A stretch of DNA of 64,000 nucleotides from an uncultured delta proteobacterium (GCA_963713045.1 CAVQKE010000006.1:288001-352000), one strand, 5' to 3'; shown: positions 18,861-29,934, counted from the first letter of the stretch. Numbers and translations are program-made. The notes: generated from the letters alone by a model not told the origin.

Positions 18861-19647
18861 ATGGCACCTGTGGCATTGGTGACGGGCGCCTCGCGCGGGG
18901 TGGGCCGGGCGGTGGCGTTGCGTTTCGCGCACTTGGGCTGGGACGTGGTGGCCACCTGGCGGCGCGAGGAGGCGATGGCTGCCTCGCTGGCCGAAGAAGT
19001 GACGGCCCTCGGGCGGCGCTGCCTCTGTCTCCGGGCGGACCAGCTTCTGCCCGAATCCAGCTTTCCACCCCTCTTCGCCCGGGTGCGCCAGGAATTTGGT
19101 GGCCTCGACGCGTTGGTGGCCAACGCCGCTTCCACCGCCTTTCTGCCCCTGCTTGGGACGAAGGCCCACCAAATGGACAAGACGTTTTCTGTCACCGTGA
19201 AGAGTTTTCTCCTCGCGGTGCAAGAGGCGCAGCCGCTGATGGCCGGCCGCAAGGCGAGCGTGGTGGCCGTCTCCGGAATGGACAGCCGCATGCCGTTGCC
19301 CTTTCACGGGTTACTTGGCGCGATGAAGGGCGCGATGGAAGTGCTGGTGAAGTATTTGGCGGTGGAGCTGTCTTCCGACGGCATTCGGGTGAATGGCGTC
19401 AACCCGGGCTACATCAACACCGACAGCGCCCGCTTCTACGCCGGGGACAGCTGGCCGGCGGTGGAAGCTGCAGCCCGCAGGCCAGGTGCCGCTCGGCCAT
19501 GTCGCCTCGCCGGAGGAGATTGCGGCCCCCGTCACCTGGCTCTGCAGCCAGGATGCGGGCTACGTCAATGGGCAGACCCTGGTTGTCGATGGCGGCTTGG
19601 AAGTCAACTACGCCGTGGCGCACGCCGCCGGCCTCGCCGGCCGCTGA
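18861..19647 (+). CDS. SDR oxidoreductase, FabL/FabI-like; +1 frameshift near 19475
   Basis: [21 protein letters not shown]-terminus [13 protein letters not shown]...[12 protein letters not shown] lies in another frame; removing one C gives 261 aa. Confidence 0.85.
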
Positions 19648-19661
19648 AGGGATGTCCGGCA

Positions 19662-20435
19662 GTGCCCCACGTGCGCCCTAGCTTTGCCAGTGTGGCGGTG
19701 ACGCTGTTGTTTGCGCTGGTGTTTGTCCTGACGGCACCGGTCTGCGTCGTGGTGGGCCTTCTTTTGTTTCTCGTCACCTTTCCCTTTGACGCCGACCGGC
19801 GGGCCCTGCACGCCCTGGTGTGCCACTGGACGTTTGGCTACCTCCGCCTCAACCCCGGCTGGCGGGTGCAGGTGGAAGGTAGGGAAAGGCTTCCTCCCGG
19901 CGCCGCGGTGCTGGTGGCCAACCACCAATCGCTGGCGGACATCGTCGCGGTGATGGGCCTGTTTCACCCCTACAAATTCGTCAGCAAGGTGTCGCTGTTC
20001 CGGCTGCCGCTGGTGGGATGGATGATGAGTCTCATCCGCCACATCCCGCTGCAGCGGGGAAAGCTGCATTCGACCGCCGCCATGTTGGAGACGTCCCGGC
20101 GCTGGCTGCGGCGGGGCATGGCCGTCTTCTTCTTCCCGGAAGGCACCTACGCGGAGGGCGAGCAGCTGTTGCCCTTCCGCAGCGGAGCCTTCCTGCTCGC
20201 CATTGAGGAGCAGGTGCCCTTGGTGCCGATTCTGATTGAGGGGACGCGCACCCTGGTGGCTGGCGACGGCCCGTGGCTGGCGCCGCGGGCCGAGGTGCGG
20301 GTGACGGTGCTCCAGCCCCGGGTGCCCCCCAAAGAGGCCGATGCCCAGGCCCTGGCCGACGAAGTCCGGGCGGAGTACGAGAGGCGCGCCGAAGCTCAGA
20401 GGAGAATTTTCGGGTCCTCGGGCCGGGCCCGGTAA
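19662..20435 (+). CDS. Lysophospholipid acyltransferase (PlsC family)
   Basis: NHQSLAD (HxxxxD), FVSK, FFPEGT. Confidence 0.92.
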   Translation: MPHVRPSFASVAVTLLFALVFVLTAPVCVVVGLLLFLVTFPFDADRRALHALVCHWTFGYLRLNPGWRVQVEGRERLPPGAAVLVANHQSLADIVAVMGLFHPYKFVSKVSLFRLPLVGWMMSLIRHIPLQRGKLHSTAAMLETSRRWLRRGMAVFFFPEGTYAEGEQLLPFRSGAFLLAIEEQVPLVPILIEGTRTLVAGDGPWLAPRAEVRVTVLQPRVPPKEADAQALADEVRAEYERRAEAQRRIFGSSGRAR

Positions 20436-20686
20436 AGCAGCACGGTGCGGCCCAGCACCTGGGCCACTTCGGAGGAGGTGGCGGTGGCCAGGGCAGCGGC
20501 CGCGGTCGCCCGGGGCTCCGGTGCATTCTCCGAAATGCGCACTTTCACCAACTCATGGTCGACCAGCGCTTGTTCCAGCGCGGCGACCACCGCCTCGGTG
20601 ACGCCGGAATGCCCCACTTGCACCACCGGCTGCAGGTGATGGCCGAGCGCCCGAAGCTGCCGCCGCTGTTTTCCGGTGAGGGGCAT
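20396..20686 (-). CDS. yhbY: Ribosome assembly RNA-binding protein YhbY
   Basis: [23 protein letters not shown]...HELVKV...QVLG (CRM domain). Confidence 0.93.
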   Translation of the reverse strand: MPLTGKQRRQLRALGHHLQPVVQVGHSGVTEAVVAALEQALVDHELVKVRISENAPEPRATAAAALATATSSEVAQVLGRTVLLYRARPEDPKILL

Positions 20687-20709
20687 GGGGGAGTGGGGGC
20701 CAGGGGCCT

Positions 20710-23037
20710 TCAGCGGCCGACCAGGAGGCGAATTTCCCGCTGAGCGTCGACGTGGTCCGCGTCCAAAGCGACGCAGCGCTTGAAGTGTTTGAGGGCGAGG
20801 GCATTGTCCCCGCTCAGCTTCTGCAGCTGTCCGATGAGGTAGTGGGCCGGGGCGCAGCGCTCATTCAGCTTGAGGGCGTGGTGCAAGTCCCGCATGGCGT
20901 CCACCAGGGCGGCCTTCTTGTCGACGCTGGTGAAGAAGCGGGCGTAGCCGCGCCAGGCGTAGAATTCTCCCTCGCGCGGGTTGAGGGTGATGGCGTCGTC
21001 CAGCACCTTCACCGCCTCGCCGAAGCGCCGGGCTTTGACGAAGGCCACGCCCTTGTGGAAGGCGTCCTCGGCCGCCAGCAGTTGCCGGACGTCGACTTGG
21101 GTGCCCCCGCCGGCCTTCAGGGATTCAAGGTAGTCGGCCCGCGACTGGTCGTCCCCCAGCACCCGGGAGGCTTCCCCCACCATGGCGAAGGCTTGGGCGC
21201 GGAGGTCCGACAACTCCTCCGGGGCATCCGGCGGCAGGGTGTCTGGGTGGTACAGCTTGGCCAGCTTGAAGTACGCGGCCTTCACCGCCGCCCCGTCCGC
21301 CTTGTCGCTGAGGCCGAGCATTTGGAAGAAGTTGAGGGACTTGCCCTTCTCCAGCCGGCCCCGCAGCAGGCGGATTTCTGCCTCGAAGTCCACCGTCGTG
21401 CCGGGCACCGGCGTGGGGGTGGAAAGGAAGGCCCGCTGGGCGGCCGCCGGCGAGGGGGTGGGGGTGCTGACGGCGCGCGGTGCGGTGGCGGGAGGGGGCG
21501 TGGGGGAGATGGGTGGCGGGCGCGTCGTGGGCGCAGCCGCCGGCGCCGAGGCGGCGGGCGCCGGACGGGGTGCTTCGGCAGCGACGACGGCGTGCTCGCC
21601 GGTGGGTGCCGCCCCGCCTTTGAGTTCCACCTCCGGAAAGGAAAGAGCGTCCAGTTCTCTCAGAAGCAGGGCCACCCGGAGAATGGTTTCCATTTCGTTG
21701 GGGTGACTTTGTGCCAACAGGGCCAGCGAGCGGGTGCCGTCGAAGGTGGCCAGTGCGCGCGTCTCCTGCGCGCTGAGGCGGAGGTCCGGCAGCGTGCCGC
21801 CATCTCCCCGGCGGACGAGGGGGCGCCGGCGGACATCCATCATCCGGCGTTTGAGTTCCGCCAGCGGAAAGCGGCGCAGCACCTCCGCCAAGAAGCCCCA
21901 GCGGTTGCCCAAGGGCAATGCCTTGGTGGGCGGTAACTCCACCGGCTGGTAGCGGAAGGTACCTTGGGGGGCAAGAAAAGCGCGCAACAGCAGCGAGGCG
22001 GCACGCTGGCTGAGGGCTGGGAAGACGACTGCCGGGTTGACCAGGCCCAAGGCAAACAGCGTGGCCAAGACGTCCCCGCCGAAGCGCCCCTTCTCCTTCT
22101 CCGCGACTTTCAGTTGCTCGGCCGTCACCACCGAGGCCTTGGAGAGAAAGGTGATGACGGCGTCTTCCGGGTGCGAGGAGTCCACCAACTCCGGATTTCC
22201 CTTGCGGAAGTGCAACAGAATGAAGCGGTCTGGCAACTCGAAGGTGAAGAGGCCGGTGACGTTGGTTTCCGCGCCTTGCGCGTAGAGGCGAATGGCTGAG
22301 ATTTCAGCCAAGTCCCCCGATGCCACGGTGAAGGAGGGGGGGCTGGGCACAGCGGCTGCTGGGGGTGGTTGCCGTGGCGTGGTGGTGCGCGGCGGCACCG
22401 GCATGGGCGCGGCTGGAATGCGCGTCCCTGTTTCACCCGGCCCGGGCACGGCCGGTAGCGGTGCCGCCGGCGTGGGCACTGCGGCGGGCGGCGCCATGGC
22501 GAAGCTGCCGGTGGGCGTCTTCTTCCCGACCGCCGGCACCGGTGGAATGGCTGGGACGGCGTCGGTGGGAAGCGGAGGGGCTTCCTCCGCCACACGCACC
22601 GGGACTGGGACGGCGGCCGTCACCTTGGGAAGGGTTGCCCCGTCCTGGGTTGCAACCGCCGGCCGGGCGGCCGGCGCCGCGGGCGGCACGGCCGGCGGGA
22701 CAGCGGGGCTCGGCCGGGGCGCCGCCCTGGCGGCCGGCGGTGCGGCAGCGGCTTCGACGCGAGGCACGGGCGGCGGGGCAGCAGCGGCCGCCGGCCGGGC
22801 GCCCAGCACCGGCACCGCATTGCCTGCTTCCAGGGGCTCGCCGTCGTCCCCCCACAACTCCCGCGGGACAAATTCTTTCAGCCCGGGAAAGCGGGCCGGG
22901 GAGCGGTAGTTGACGCCGTCGAGGGAGACGAGGAGGTTGCCTTGCAGGGCGCCCACCTCCACCAGCAGCTCCACGCTGGCCGGCTCGAGCGGGCCCCGGA
23001 CCGTCCCCTTCGCGTCCCGGACGAAAATTTGCGGCAC
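20710..23037 (-). CDS. Multidomain DnaJ protein: GYF_2-like, Pro-rich linker, DUF4388-like, J domain, TPR
   Basis: FFQMLGL...YFKLAKLYHPD; C-terminal TPR helices; N-terminal VRGPL...LVEVGAL. Confidence 0.85.
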   Translation of the reverse strand: MPQIFVRDAKGTVRGPLEPASVELLVEVGALQGNLLVSLDGVNYRSPARFPGLKEFVPRELWGDDGEPLEAGNAVPVLGARPAAAAAPPPVPRVEAAAAPPAARAAPRPSPAVPPAVPPAAPAARPAVATQDGATLPKVTAAVPVPVRVAEEAPPLPTDAVPAIPPVPAVGKKTPTGSFAMAPPAAVPTPAAPLPAVPGPGETGTRIPAAPMPVPPRTTTPRQPPPAAAVPSPPSFTVASGDLAEISAIRLYAQGAETNVTGLFTFELPDRFILLHFRKGNPELVDSSHPEDAVITFLSKASVVTAEQLKVAEKEKGRFGGDVLATLFALGLVNPAVVFPALSQRAASLLLRAFLAPQGTFRYQPVELPPTKALPLGNRWGFLAEVLRRFPLAELKRRMMDVRRRPLVRRGDGGTLPDLRLSAQETRALATFDGTRSLALLAQSHPNEMETILRVALLLRELDALSFPEVELKGGAAPTGEHAVVAAEAPRPAPAASAPAAAPTTRPPPISPTPPPATAPRAVSTPTPSPAAAQRAFLSTPTPVPGTTVDFEAEIRLLRGRLEKGKSLNFFQMLGLSDKADGAAVKAAYFKLAKLYHPDTLPPDAPEELSDLRAQAFAMVGEASRVLGDDQSRADYLESLKAGGGTQVDVRQLLAAEDAFHKGVAFVKARRFGEAVKVLDDAITLNPREGEFYAWRGYARFFTSVDKKAALVDAMRDLHHALKLNERCAPAHYLIGQLQKLSGDNALALKHFKRCVALDADHVDAQREIRLLVGR

Positions 23038-23179
23038 GGGGCAGAGGTATACCCCAGCGCCGCGTCCGGCCAGCGCACAGCGGGGGGGGCCAACCGCCCT
23101 GCGCGGGTGCGGATTGCCCCCCGGCCGGTGCTGGGCCGACGGTGTCGCCCGGGGCCCCTCTCCTACAGGCCTGTCCCCT

Positions 23180-24268
23180 TCAGGGGGCAGTGCGGGCTGG
23201 GGCAGAGGCTTGGACTGCCAGCCGGAGGAGGCGGAGGAAGTCTTGGGCATTCGTCACCACGCCGAAGGCCTGGTGGGTGCCGCGGTCCCTCAGCTTACTC
23301 ACCACAAATTCTGAAGCGTCCACGCAGACGACTGGCAACGGCCGAAGCCAGCCGTCCGGGTCCACCACGAAGCTGGGAAGCATGTTGCCCACGGCAATGG
23401 CGTGCAGCGCGGTGGCGATGAAGACGGCCGCCGTTGCCCGGCCGGTGTGCGGGCGCATGGCGTCCTGGGCGTCCAGGACGTCCGTCGCCACCTCCGGCAA
23501 CGGCCCGTCATCGCGAATGCTGCCGCACAGGACAAAGGGCGTTTGGTGCACCACGCAGGCGTGCATCACGCCGTCGCGGAGGACGCCTTGGCGGACGGCT
23601 GGTGCAATGCCGCCCGCGGCGCGGATGCGGTTAATGGCGCGCAGGTGCGCGCCGTGGCCCAGCGGCAGGGACTCGCCGGCCCCCGTCATCCCCAGCGTGG
23701 TGCCGAAGAGGCTGGCCTCAATGTCATGCACGGCGACGGCGTTGCCGGCGAGAAGCGCGCCGACGTAGCCGTGGGTGACAAACCAGGCCAAGTCCTCCCG
23801 GGCGCGGGCATGCACCAGGGCCGGCCCGGTGACCCACAGCACGTGGCCGCCCTTGGCCTTTTCCTCCACCAGCAGGCCGGCAATTTTTTCGTAGTCGGTC
23901 GGCTTTTCCCGGCTGACGTCGCTGCTCATGAATTTGAAGGCGCCGTTGCCGGCTGGGTCGAAGAGGCCTTCCTTGACGAGAATGCCTTCCCGGCCGTCTT
24001 CCTGAAGGGCCACCGCCACCGCGTCCCCCAGGCGCACCCGGCGCATCTCCCGGGCCCACACCGTGCCGTCCGGGGCGCGCACCAGCGCCGCGTCCATCCG
24101 CGGCTCCCGCGGCATGCTCCACTGCCCGTCGGACTTTACCCAGGTGGGCAGGTTGGTGGTGGAGTAGAAGCCTTCGGGGAGGACGCCGTCGGCTGGCGCG
24201 GGCGCGAAGTGGGCGTCCGGGGCTGCGCGCAGGGACGGCGCCTCGAAGTCGGGGGGTGGGACACGCAT
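23180..24268 (-). CDS. TIGR00300-family protein (ArgZ C-terminal-like; putative ornithine cyclodeaminase)
   Basis: GFYSTTNLPT, FKFMSSDVSREK, GNAVAVHDIE, GSIRDDGPLP, KLRDRGT. Confidence 0.85.
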   Translation of the reverse strand: MRVPPPDFEAPSLRAAPDAHFAPAPADGVLPEGFYSTTNLPTWVKSDGQWSMPREPRMDAALVRAPDGTVWAREMRRVRLGDAVAVALQEDGREGILVKEGLFDPAGNGAFKFMSSDVSREKPTDYEKIAGLLVEEKAKGGHVLWVTGPALVHARAREDLAWFVTHGYVGALLAGNAVAVHDIEASLFGTTLGMTGAGESLPLGHGAHLRAINRIRAAGGIAPAVRQGVLRDGVMHACVVHQTPFVLCGSIRDDGPLPEVATDVLDAQDAMRPHTGRATAAVFIATALHAIAVGNMLPSFVVDPDGWLRPLPVVCVDASEFVVSKLRDRGTHQAFGVVTNAQDFLRLLRLAVQASAPARTAP

Positions 24269-24361
24269 GGGCTGGGGGGTTGTGGACGGGCCCCAGCATG
24301 CCACGGGGCCGGGGTGAAGCGGCGGGCCGGCGAATTGGGCCTCCGGGAGGATGGACAGGCC

Positions 24362-25036
24362 ATGTTCATCGGCCACTATGGCGTCTCGTTGGCGGTGAAG
24401 CGCGTGCGCCCCAGCCTGTCCCTGGCCGGCCTCTTTCTGGCCGTCCAACTGTTGGACGTCCTCTTCTTTTGCTTCGTGCTGCTCGGGGTGGAGAAGGTGC
24501 GCATCGTCCCCGGCTTCACCGCGTACAACGCCTACGACTTGTACTACATGCCCTACACCCACAGCCTGTTGGGCGCGCTGGCTTGGGCACTGCTGGCCGG
24601 GGTGGCGGTGCTTCTTCTGCGGCGGGCGCCGGCTGCGGCAGCGGCGCTGGTGGCGGCGGCCGTCTTCTCCCACTTCCTGCTGGACGTGCCGGTGCACACG
24701 CCCGACTTGCCCCTGGCAGCGGAGTCGTCCTTCAAGCTGGGCCTTTCCTTGTGGAACCACCCGTTGGCGACGCTGCTGTTGGAGCTCGCGTGCCTTGGCG
24801 GAGGCCTCCTCCTCTACCTGCGCGGCACGCGCCCCACCACGGCGCGCGGGCGCTGGTTGGCGGTGGGGGTCAGCCTTTTTTTGGTGGCCCTGACGGTGGC
24901 GACGCCGCTGCTTCCCCCGCCGGCCGGCCCGGGGGCCTTCGCCGTGCAGGGGCTGGCCGGCTACGCCCTGTTGGTGCTGGTGGCCTGGGCGCTGGAGCGC
25001 TCGCGCGCCGCGGCGCCGAAGCCTTCGGGGGCTTAA
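24362..25036 (+). CDS. Membrane-bound metal-dependent hydrolase-like protein
   Basis: [23 protein letters not shown]; multiple TM helices. Confidence 0.75.
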   Translation: MFIGHYGVSLAVKRVRPSLSLAGLFLAVQLLDVLFFCFVLLGVEKVRIVPGFTAYNAYDLYYMPYTHSLLGALAWALLAGVAVLLLRRAPAAAAALVAAAVFSHFLLDVPVHTPDLPLAAESSFKLGLSLWNHPLATLLLELACLGGGLLLYLRGTRPTTARGRWLAVGVSLFLVALTVATPLLPPPAGPGAFAVQGLAGYALLVLVAWALERSRAAAPKPSGA

Positions 25037-26691
25037 AGCACCACCGTCTCTCGGTGCTCGCCGAAGACGTCCCGCAGGGCGTCGGAAATTTCGCCCAAGG
25101 TGGCTTGGGCCTTCACGCCGTCGAGGATGAGGGGCACCAGGTTGTCCTTCTGCCCTGCCGCGCGCCGAAGCGCGTCCAGCGCACCGGTGACTGCTGGGGC
25201 GGAACGGCGGGCGCGAAGGGCCTTCAGCTGCGCGGCCTGGGTGCGCTCCACGTCTTCATTGACGCGGAGGAGGTTTTTGGGCGGCGGCTCCTCCTGGGTG
25301 AAGGCGTTGACGCCCACCACCACCGAGCGGTTCTCTTCCAGGGCGCGTTGGGCTTCGTAGGCCGCGTCTTGGATTTCCTTTTGCGGAAAGCCCTCGGCAA
25401 TCGCCGGCACCATGCCGCCGAGGGCGTCCACCTTGGCCAGAAGGGTCTCCGCGGCGGCCTCCAGCGCGTCGGTCAGGTACTCCACCGCGTAGCTGCCGCC
25501 GAGCGGGTCGATGAAGTCCGTCACCCCAGATTCGTAGGCGACAATTTGCTGGGTGCGGAGGGCCAGGCGGGCCGCCTCCTCGGAAGGCAGCGCCAGGGCC
25601 TCGTCGCGTCCGTTGGTGTGCAGGGACTGCGCGCCGCCAAACGCCGCGGCCAGCGTCTGCAGCGCCACCCGCACCACGTTGTTGTCTGGCTGCTGCGCGG
25701 TGAGGGTGGAGCCGGCTGTCTGGGCGTGGAAGCGCAAGGCCAGCGAGCGGCTGTCCTTGGCGCCGAAGCGCTCCTTCACCAGCCGGGCCCATAGCCTGCG
25801 GGCGGCGCGGAATTTGGCCACCTCCTCGAGGAAGTTGTTGTGGACGTTGAAGAAGAAGGACAGGCGGGGAGCCACAGCGTCCACTTCCAGGCCGGCCTTC
25901 ACCGCCGCCTCCAGGTAGGCCACGCCGTTGCCGAGGGTAAAGCCAATCTCCTGCGCTGCCGTCGAGCCGGCCTCGCGAATGTGGTAGCCGGAAATGGAAA
26001 TGGGGTTCCAGCGCGGGACGCGCCGGGCGCAGAAGGCGAAGACATCCGTCACCAGGCGCAGCGAGGGCCCGGGCGGGTAAATGTACGTCCCCCGGGCGAT
26101 GTATTCCTTGAGGATGTCGTTTTGGACCGTTCCGCTGAGTGCCTCCGCGGCGACGCCCTGGGCCTCCCCCACCGCCAGGTAAAGGGCGAGGAGAATCGGC
26201 GCGGTGGCGTTGATGGTCATCGAGGTGGAAACCTCGGCCAGGGGCAGCCCGCGAAGCAGCACCTGCATGTCGGCCAGCGAGCTGATGGAGACGCCGACTT
26301 TCCCCACCTCGCCCTTGGCGCGCGGGCTGTCCGGGTCGCGGCCCATCTGCGTCGGCAAGTCAAAGGCGACGCTGAGGCCGGTCTGCCCGGAAGCCAACAG
26401 GTAGTGGTAGCGGGCGTTGGCATCTTCGGCGCTTCCGAAACCGGCGTACTGGCGCATCGTCCAGGGCCGTCCCCGGTACATGGTGGGGTGCACGCCACGG
26501 GTGAAGGGGGGCTCGCCAGGAAAGCCCAGCTTTTCGGCGTAGGCCTCGGGCAGCGGCCCGTCCGGGCCGAGGATGGGGGGCACCTCCACACCACTGGACG
26601 TGGTGAATCGCGTCTTGCGCTCAGGGGATTTGGCCACCGCCTTGGCCCACACCTCGCGCAGCCAGCGCTGTCGGTCGCGGGTGCCCATCAC
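25033..26691 (-). CDS. Methylmalonyl-CoA mutase large (substrate-binding) subunit
   Basis: [42 protein letters not shown]; no C-terminal DxHxxG B12-binding domain. Confidence 0.93.
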   Translation of the reverse strand: MMGTRDRQRWLREVWAKAVAKSPERKTRFTTSSGVEVPPILGPDGPLPEAYAEKLGFPGEPPFTRGVHPTMYRGRPWTMRQYAGFGSAEDANARYHYLLASGQTGLSVAFDLPTQMGRDPDSPRAKGEVGKVGVSISSLADMQVLLRGLPLAEVSTSMTINATAPILLALYLAVGEAQGVAAEALSGTVQNDILKEYIARGTYIYPPGPSLRLVTDVFAFCARRVPRWNPISISGYHIREAGSTAAQEIGFTLGNGVAYLEAAVKAGLEVDAVAPRLSFFFNVHNNFLEEVAKFRAARRLWARLVKERFGAKDSRSLALRFHAQTAGSTLTAQQPDNNVVRVALQTLAAAFGGAQSLHTNGRDEALALPSEEAARLALRTQQIVAYESGVTDFIDPLGGSYAVEYLTDALEAAAETLLAKVDALGGMVPAIAEGFPQKEIQDAAYEAQRALEENRSVVVGVNAFTQEEPPPKNLLRVNEDVERTQAAQLKALRARRSAPAVTGALDALRRAAGQKDNLVPLILDGVKAQATLGEISDALRDVFGEHRETVVL

Positions 26692-27206
26692 TCCACCGTC
26701 AACAGCTTGGCGTTGGCTTCCACCGTCGCGCCCTCTTTGGCCCAGACCTCGGTCACGGTGCCCGCCTTCGGACTCTTCAACTCGTTCTCCATCTTCATCG
26801 CCTCGACCACCAACAGGGCCTGGCCCTCCGCCACCGCCTCCCCCGCCTTCACCAAAAGCCGCACCACCTTGCCCGGCATGGGCGCGGTGAGGGTGACTTT
26901 GCCCTCCACCTGGAAGGTGGCGGCCCCCGCCCGCAGCCGCAAGGCGCGCTCATCGGCCACGTCCACCAGGAAGGTGTCCCCGCGCACCAGCACCCGCACT
27001 TCCTCGCCGACGTCGTCAAATTCAACGTCGTACACCCGTCCGTCCAGAAGCAGCGAAACGGCGTCGAAGTCCAAGGACACGGCGTCCACCGCATGGGCTT
27101 GGCCGTCCAGTGTCAGCACCAGGCGGCCGTCGCCCAACTCCTCCACGTCCACCGCCACCTGCTGGTGGTGGCCGTGCAGCGTGGCGAGGTAGCGGACGCT
27201 CGGCAT
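26688..27206 (-). CDS. Biotin carboxyl carrier protein
   Basis: APMPGKVV...VEAMKMENE. Confidence 0.93.
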   Translation of the reverse strand: MPSVRYLATLHGHHQQVAVDVEELGDGRLVLTLDGQAHAVDAVSLDFDAVSLLLDGRVYDVEFDDVGEEVRVLVRGDTFLVDVADERALRLRAGAATFQVEGKVTLTAPMPGKVVRLLVKAGEAVAEGQALLVVEAMKMENELKSPKAGTVTEVWAKEGATVEANAKLLTVE

Positions 27207-27223
27207 GAAGGCGGGGGGGGGGG

Positions 27224-28726
27224 TCAGCGGCCGAAGCGTCGGCCCTGTTGGCGCCAGGCGGACAGCGTGGGGCCGGCCTCGCCTGGCGCACCCAGCCGGG
27301 CGCGCTGCCGGCGGACGTCCCTCTCTCGGGCGTGGACGACGGAGGCCAGCAATGCTGCCTGCGCCAAAGCGCCGTCGGTGGGCGCGGTGAGGGCGGCGTG
27401 GGCAGCCGGGAGGAAGGAGGTGTCGTAGTTGCCGCTGACGAAGTCCGGGTGCTGCACCAGGGCGCGGAGGTAGCGCAGGTTGGTGGTAATGCCCTTCACC
27501 AGGTACTCCCCCAAGGCGCGGCGCATGCGGGCAATGGCCTCCGGGCGGCTGGGCGCCCAGACACTCAGCTTGGAGATGAGCGGGTCATAGGTGGTGGGGA
27601 CGCTGTAGCCGGCGTAGACGCCGGAGTCATCGCGCACGCCGGGGCCGCTGGGCGCGCGCAGGTAGCGAATGCGCCCCGGGGAGGGAAGGAAATTCTTGCT
27701 CGGGTCCTCGGCGTAGACGCGCACCTCCAGCGCATGGCCCACCGGGGGCTGGGTGGTGAAGCCGAGCCGCTCGCCGTGGGCCACCCGCAGCTGCCAGCCG
27801 ACCAGGTCCAACCCCGTCACCCACTCGGTCACCGGGTGCTCCACCTGCAGCCGGGTATTCATCTCCAGAAAGTAAAAGTTGCGGTGCTTGTCGACCAGGA
27901 ATTCCACCGTCCCGGCACCGACGTAGCCCACCGCGCGGGCGGCACGCACCGCCACTTCGCCCATCTGCGCGCGCATCGCCTCACTCAGGGCGGCGGAGGG
28001 CGTCTCTTCCACGACTTTCTGGTGGCGGCGTTGGGCGGAGCACTCGCGTTCATTCAGGTGGACGCAGGCCCCATGGGTGTCGGCGAAAATTTGAATCTCG
28101 ATGTGGCGGGGCCCTTCCAAAAGCTTTTCCAGGTAGACGCTGGCGTCGCCGAAGGCGTTTTGGGCCTCGCTTTGGGCGGCGCGAAAGGCCGCCGGCAATT
28201 GGGCGGCGGTGTCCACCCGGCGCATGCCCTTGCCGCCGCCGCCGGCGGCAGCCTTCAGCATCACCGGGAAGCCGATGGTGTGGGCGAAGGCCAAGGCGGC
28301 GTCCGCGTCGGCGAAGGGGGCGGTGCTGCCCGGCACCACTGGGACGCCGGCCTTCTGCATCAGCGCGCGGGCGCGCGTCTTTTCCCCCATCGCTTCCATG
28401 GCAGTCGCCGGCGGCCCGACGAAGACCAGGCCGGCCGCCTCCACCGCCCGGACAAAGGAGGCGTTTTCGCTGAGAAAGCCGTAGCCAGGGTGAATGGCTT
28501 CGGCCCCGGAGGCCCGCGCCGCGGCCAACAGGCGCTCCTGGTGCAGGTAGCTGTCACGGGAGGGTGCCGGGCCGATGCAGTAGGCCTCGTCCGCCATGCG
28601 CACGTGCAGCGCGGCGCGGTCCGCTTCGGAGTAGACGGCCACCGGAGAGATGCCGAAGTCGCGGCAGGTGCGAATGACGCGGACGGCAATTTCCCCGCGG
28701 TTGGCGATGAGAAGCTTGGAGAACAT
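27224..28726 (-). CDS. Acetyl/propionyl-CoA carboxylase, biotin carboxylase subunit
   Basis: KLLIANRGEIA, HPGYGFLSEN, GGGGKGMR, EMNTRLQVEH. Confidence 0.95.
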   Translation of the reverse strand: MFSKLLIANRGEIAVRVIRTCRDFGISPVAVYSEADRAALHVRMADEAYCIGPAPSRDSYLHQERLLAAARASGAEAIHPGYGFLSENASFVRAVEAAGLVFVGPPATAMEAMGEKTRARALMQKAGVPVVPGSTAPFADADAALAFAHTIGFPVMLKAAAGGGGKGMRRVDTAAQLPAAFRAAQSEAQNAFGDASVYLEKLLEGPRHIEIQIFADTHGACVHLNERECSAQRRHQKVVEETPSAALSEAMRAQMGEVAVRAARAVGYVGAGTVEFLVDKHRNFYFLEMNTRLQVEHPVTEWVTGLDLVGWQLRVAHGERLGFTTQPPVGHALEVRVYAEDPSKNFLPSPGRIRYLRAPSGPGVRDDSGVYAGYSVPTTYDPLISKLSVWAPSRPEAIARMRRALGEYLVKGITTNLRYLRALVQHPDFVSGNYDTSFLPAAHAALTAPTDGALAQAALLASVVHARERDVRRQRARLGAPGEAGPTLSAWRQQGRRFGR

Positions 28727-28830
28727 GCCCCTGGTGCACGCCTGCTTAGCATTCTCCTTTGGGGGACGGAGGGAGCAACCACAGGCGGGGTGGCCCGCGG
28801 CCAAACCCACCTGGGGCAGCCAGCGGCGGG

Positions 28831-29778
28831 CTAGGCCGTCGCGGCGCCGGGCAGGGGCGGTGGCCTGTCCATCCGCAACAGACGCCGCACCCAGGGCGGC
28901 GTGGTGAATTGGTGGCGGCGGCGGGCCAGGACAAGGAAGGCCACGCCCAGGCCGGTGCCGAGGACAACGGCCGGTAGCCCGGCCTCCGGGCCGAAGGCAC
29001 CGCCCGTCAGCCACGACGGTCCTGGAAAGCGTGCGTCCAACAGCGCCGGCAGCTTGATGCCGCTGACGGTGGCGCCGTACAGCGGGCCTTCGAAGAAATT
29101 CCACGCCGTGTGCAGCCCAATGACGAGCCACAGCGAGCGCGTGGCGAGGTACGCGGCGCCGAGGCAGAGGCCTGCCTCCAACGCAATGGCGGTGCTGGAC
29201 AGCCAGGTGGCATTGGGGTTGCTCATGTGGCCCAAGCCGAAAAGCAAGGCGCTGACGGCCAGCGCCGCAGCGCTGCCGAAGGTTTGCTCAAAGAGGCGAA
29301 ACAAGATGCCGCGGCTGACGACTTCCTCGTAGACGCCGACGAAAAAGAAGACCAGGGCAGCATGCCCCAGCGCGCGGGGGGTGGCCCCGGCCCCAAACCC
29401 CAGCACCTGGTAGCTGCCGGCCGCCCACAGGGTGGCCACCACGGAGGTGAGGAGGCCTGCGCCGACGAGGTAGCCTTGCGCGAAGCGTAAAGGAGCGCCC
29501 GGCAGCCCGAGCCCCGCCGCTTCCAGGCCCTTGCCCTCCAGTAGCCGCAAGCTGGCCCACAGCACCAGCGTCGCCAAAAGGGCGTTGCGCAGAGTGCCGC
29601 CGAGGGCGGTGTTGGGGAGGCGGCCCAGCGAAGGGGCGAAGCGCGCCAGCACCCAGGTGGCCAGCGAAAAGAGAAGCAACGTCCACACCAGGCGCAAGGG
29701 CGGAGACAACAGCACGCGCACCGCGCCGCGCTGCCAGCGCTGGGCACCGGTGGGTGTCGGAAGATGGTCTGGATGCAT
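28831..29778 (-). CDS. CPBP (CAAX/Abi) intramembrane metalloprotease
   Basis: EEVVSRG, FGLGH, HTAWN, GGAFGPE. Confidence 0.9.
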   Translation of the reverse strand: MHPDHLPTPTGAQRWQRGAVRVLLSPPLRLVWTLLLFSLATWVLARFAPSLGRLPNTALGGTLRNALLATLVLWASLRLLEGKGLEAAGLGLPGAPLRFAQGYLVGAGLLTSVVATLWAAGSYQVLGFGAGATPRALGHAALVFFFVGVYEEVVSRGILFRLFEQTFGSAAALAVSALLFGLGHMSNPNATWLSSTAIALEAGLCLGAAYLATRSLWLVIGLHTAWNFFEGPLYGATVSGIKLPALLDARFPGPSWLTGGAFGPEAGLPAVVLGTGLGVAFLVLARRRHQFTTPPWVRRLLRMDRPPPLPGAATA

Positions 29779-29934
29779 CACGGAAGTCTCTTCCACACGC
29801 TGCCAACCTTGGGAGGGAAAGCGCCGCCCCCTAGCGAAGGGAAGTACGTCGGCCGAAGGCCACGCATTGCGGGCTTCTTGGCCGCCACGCCCTTCCCCCG
29901 GGGTGGACGCGGCCCTGCCCGCTGGGCGGGTGGC

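Noticed and set aside
18861..20435. 524-aa SDR-acyltransferase fusion ORF
   Set aside because: Created by the +1 indel near 19475; the real SDR C-terminus and stop (19647) are in another frame.
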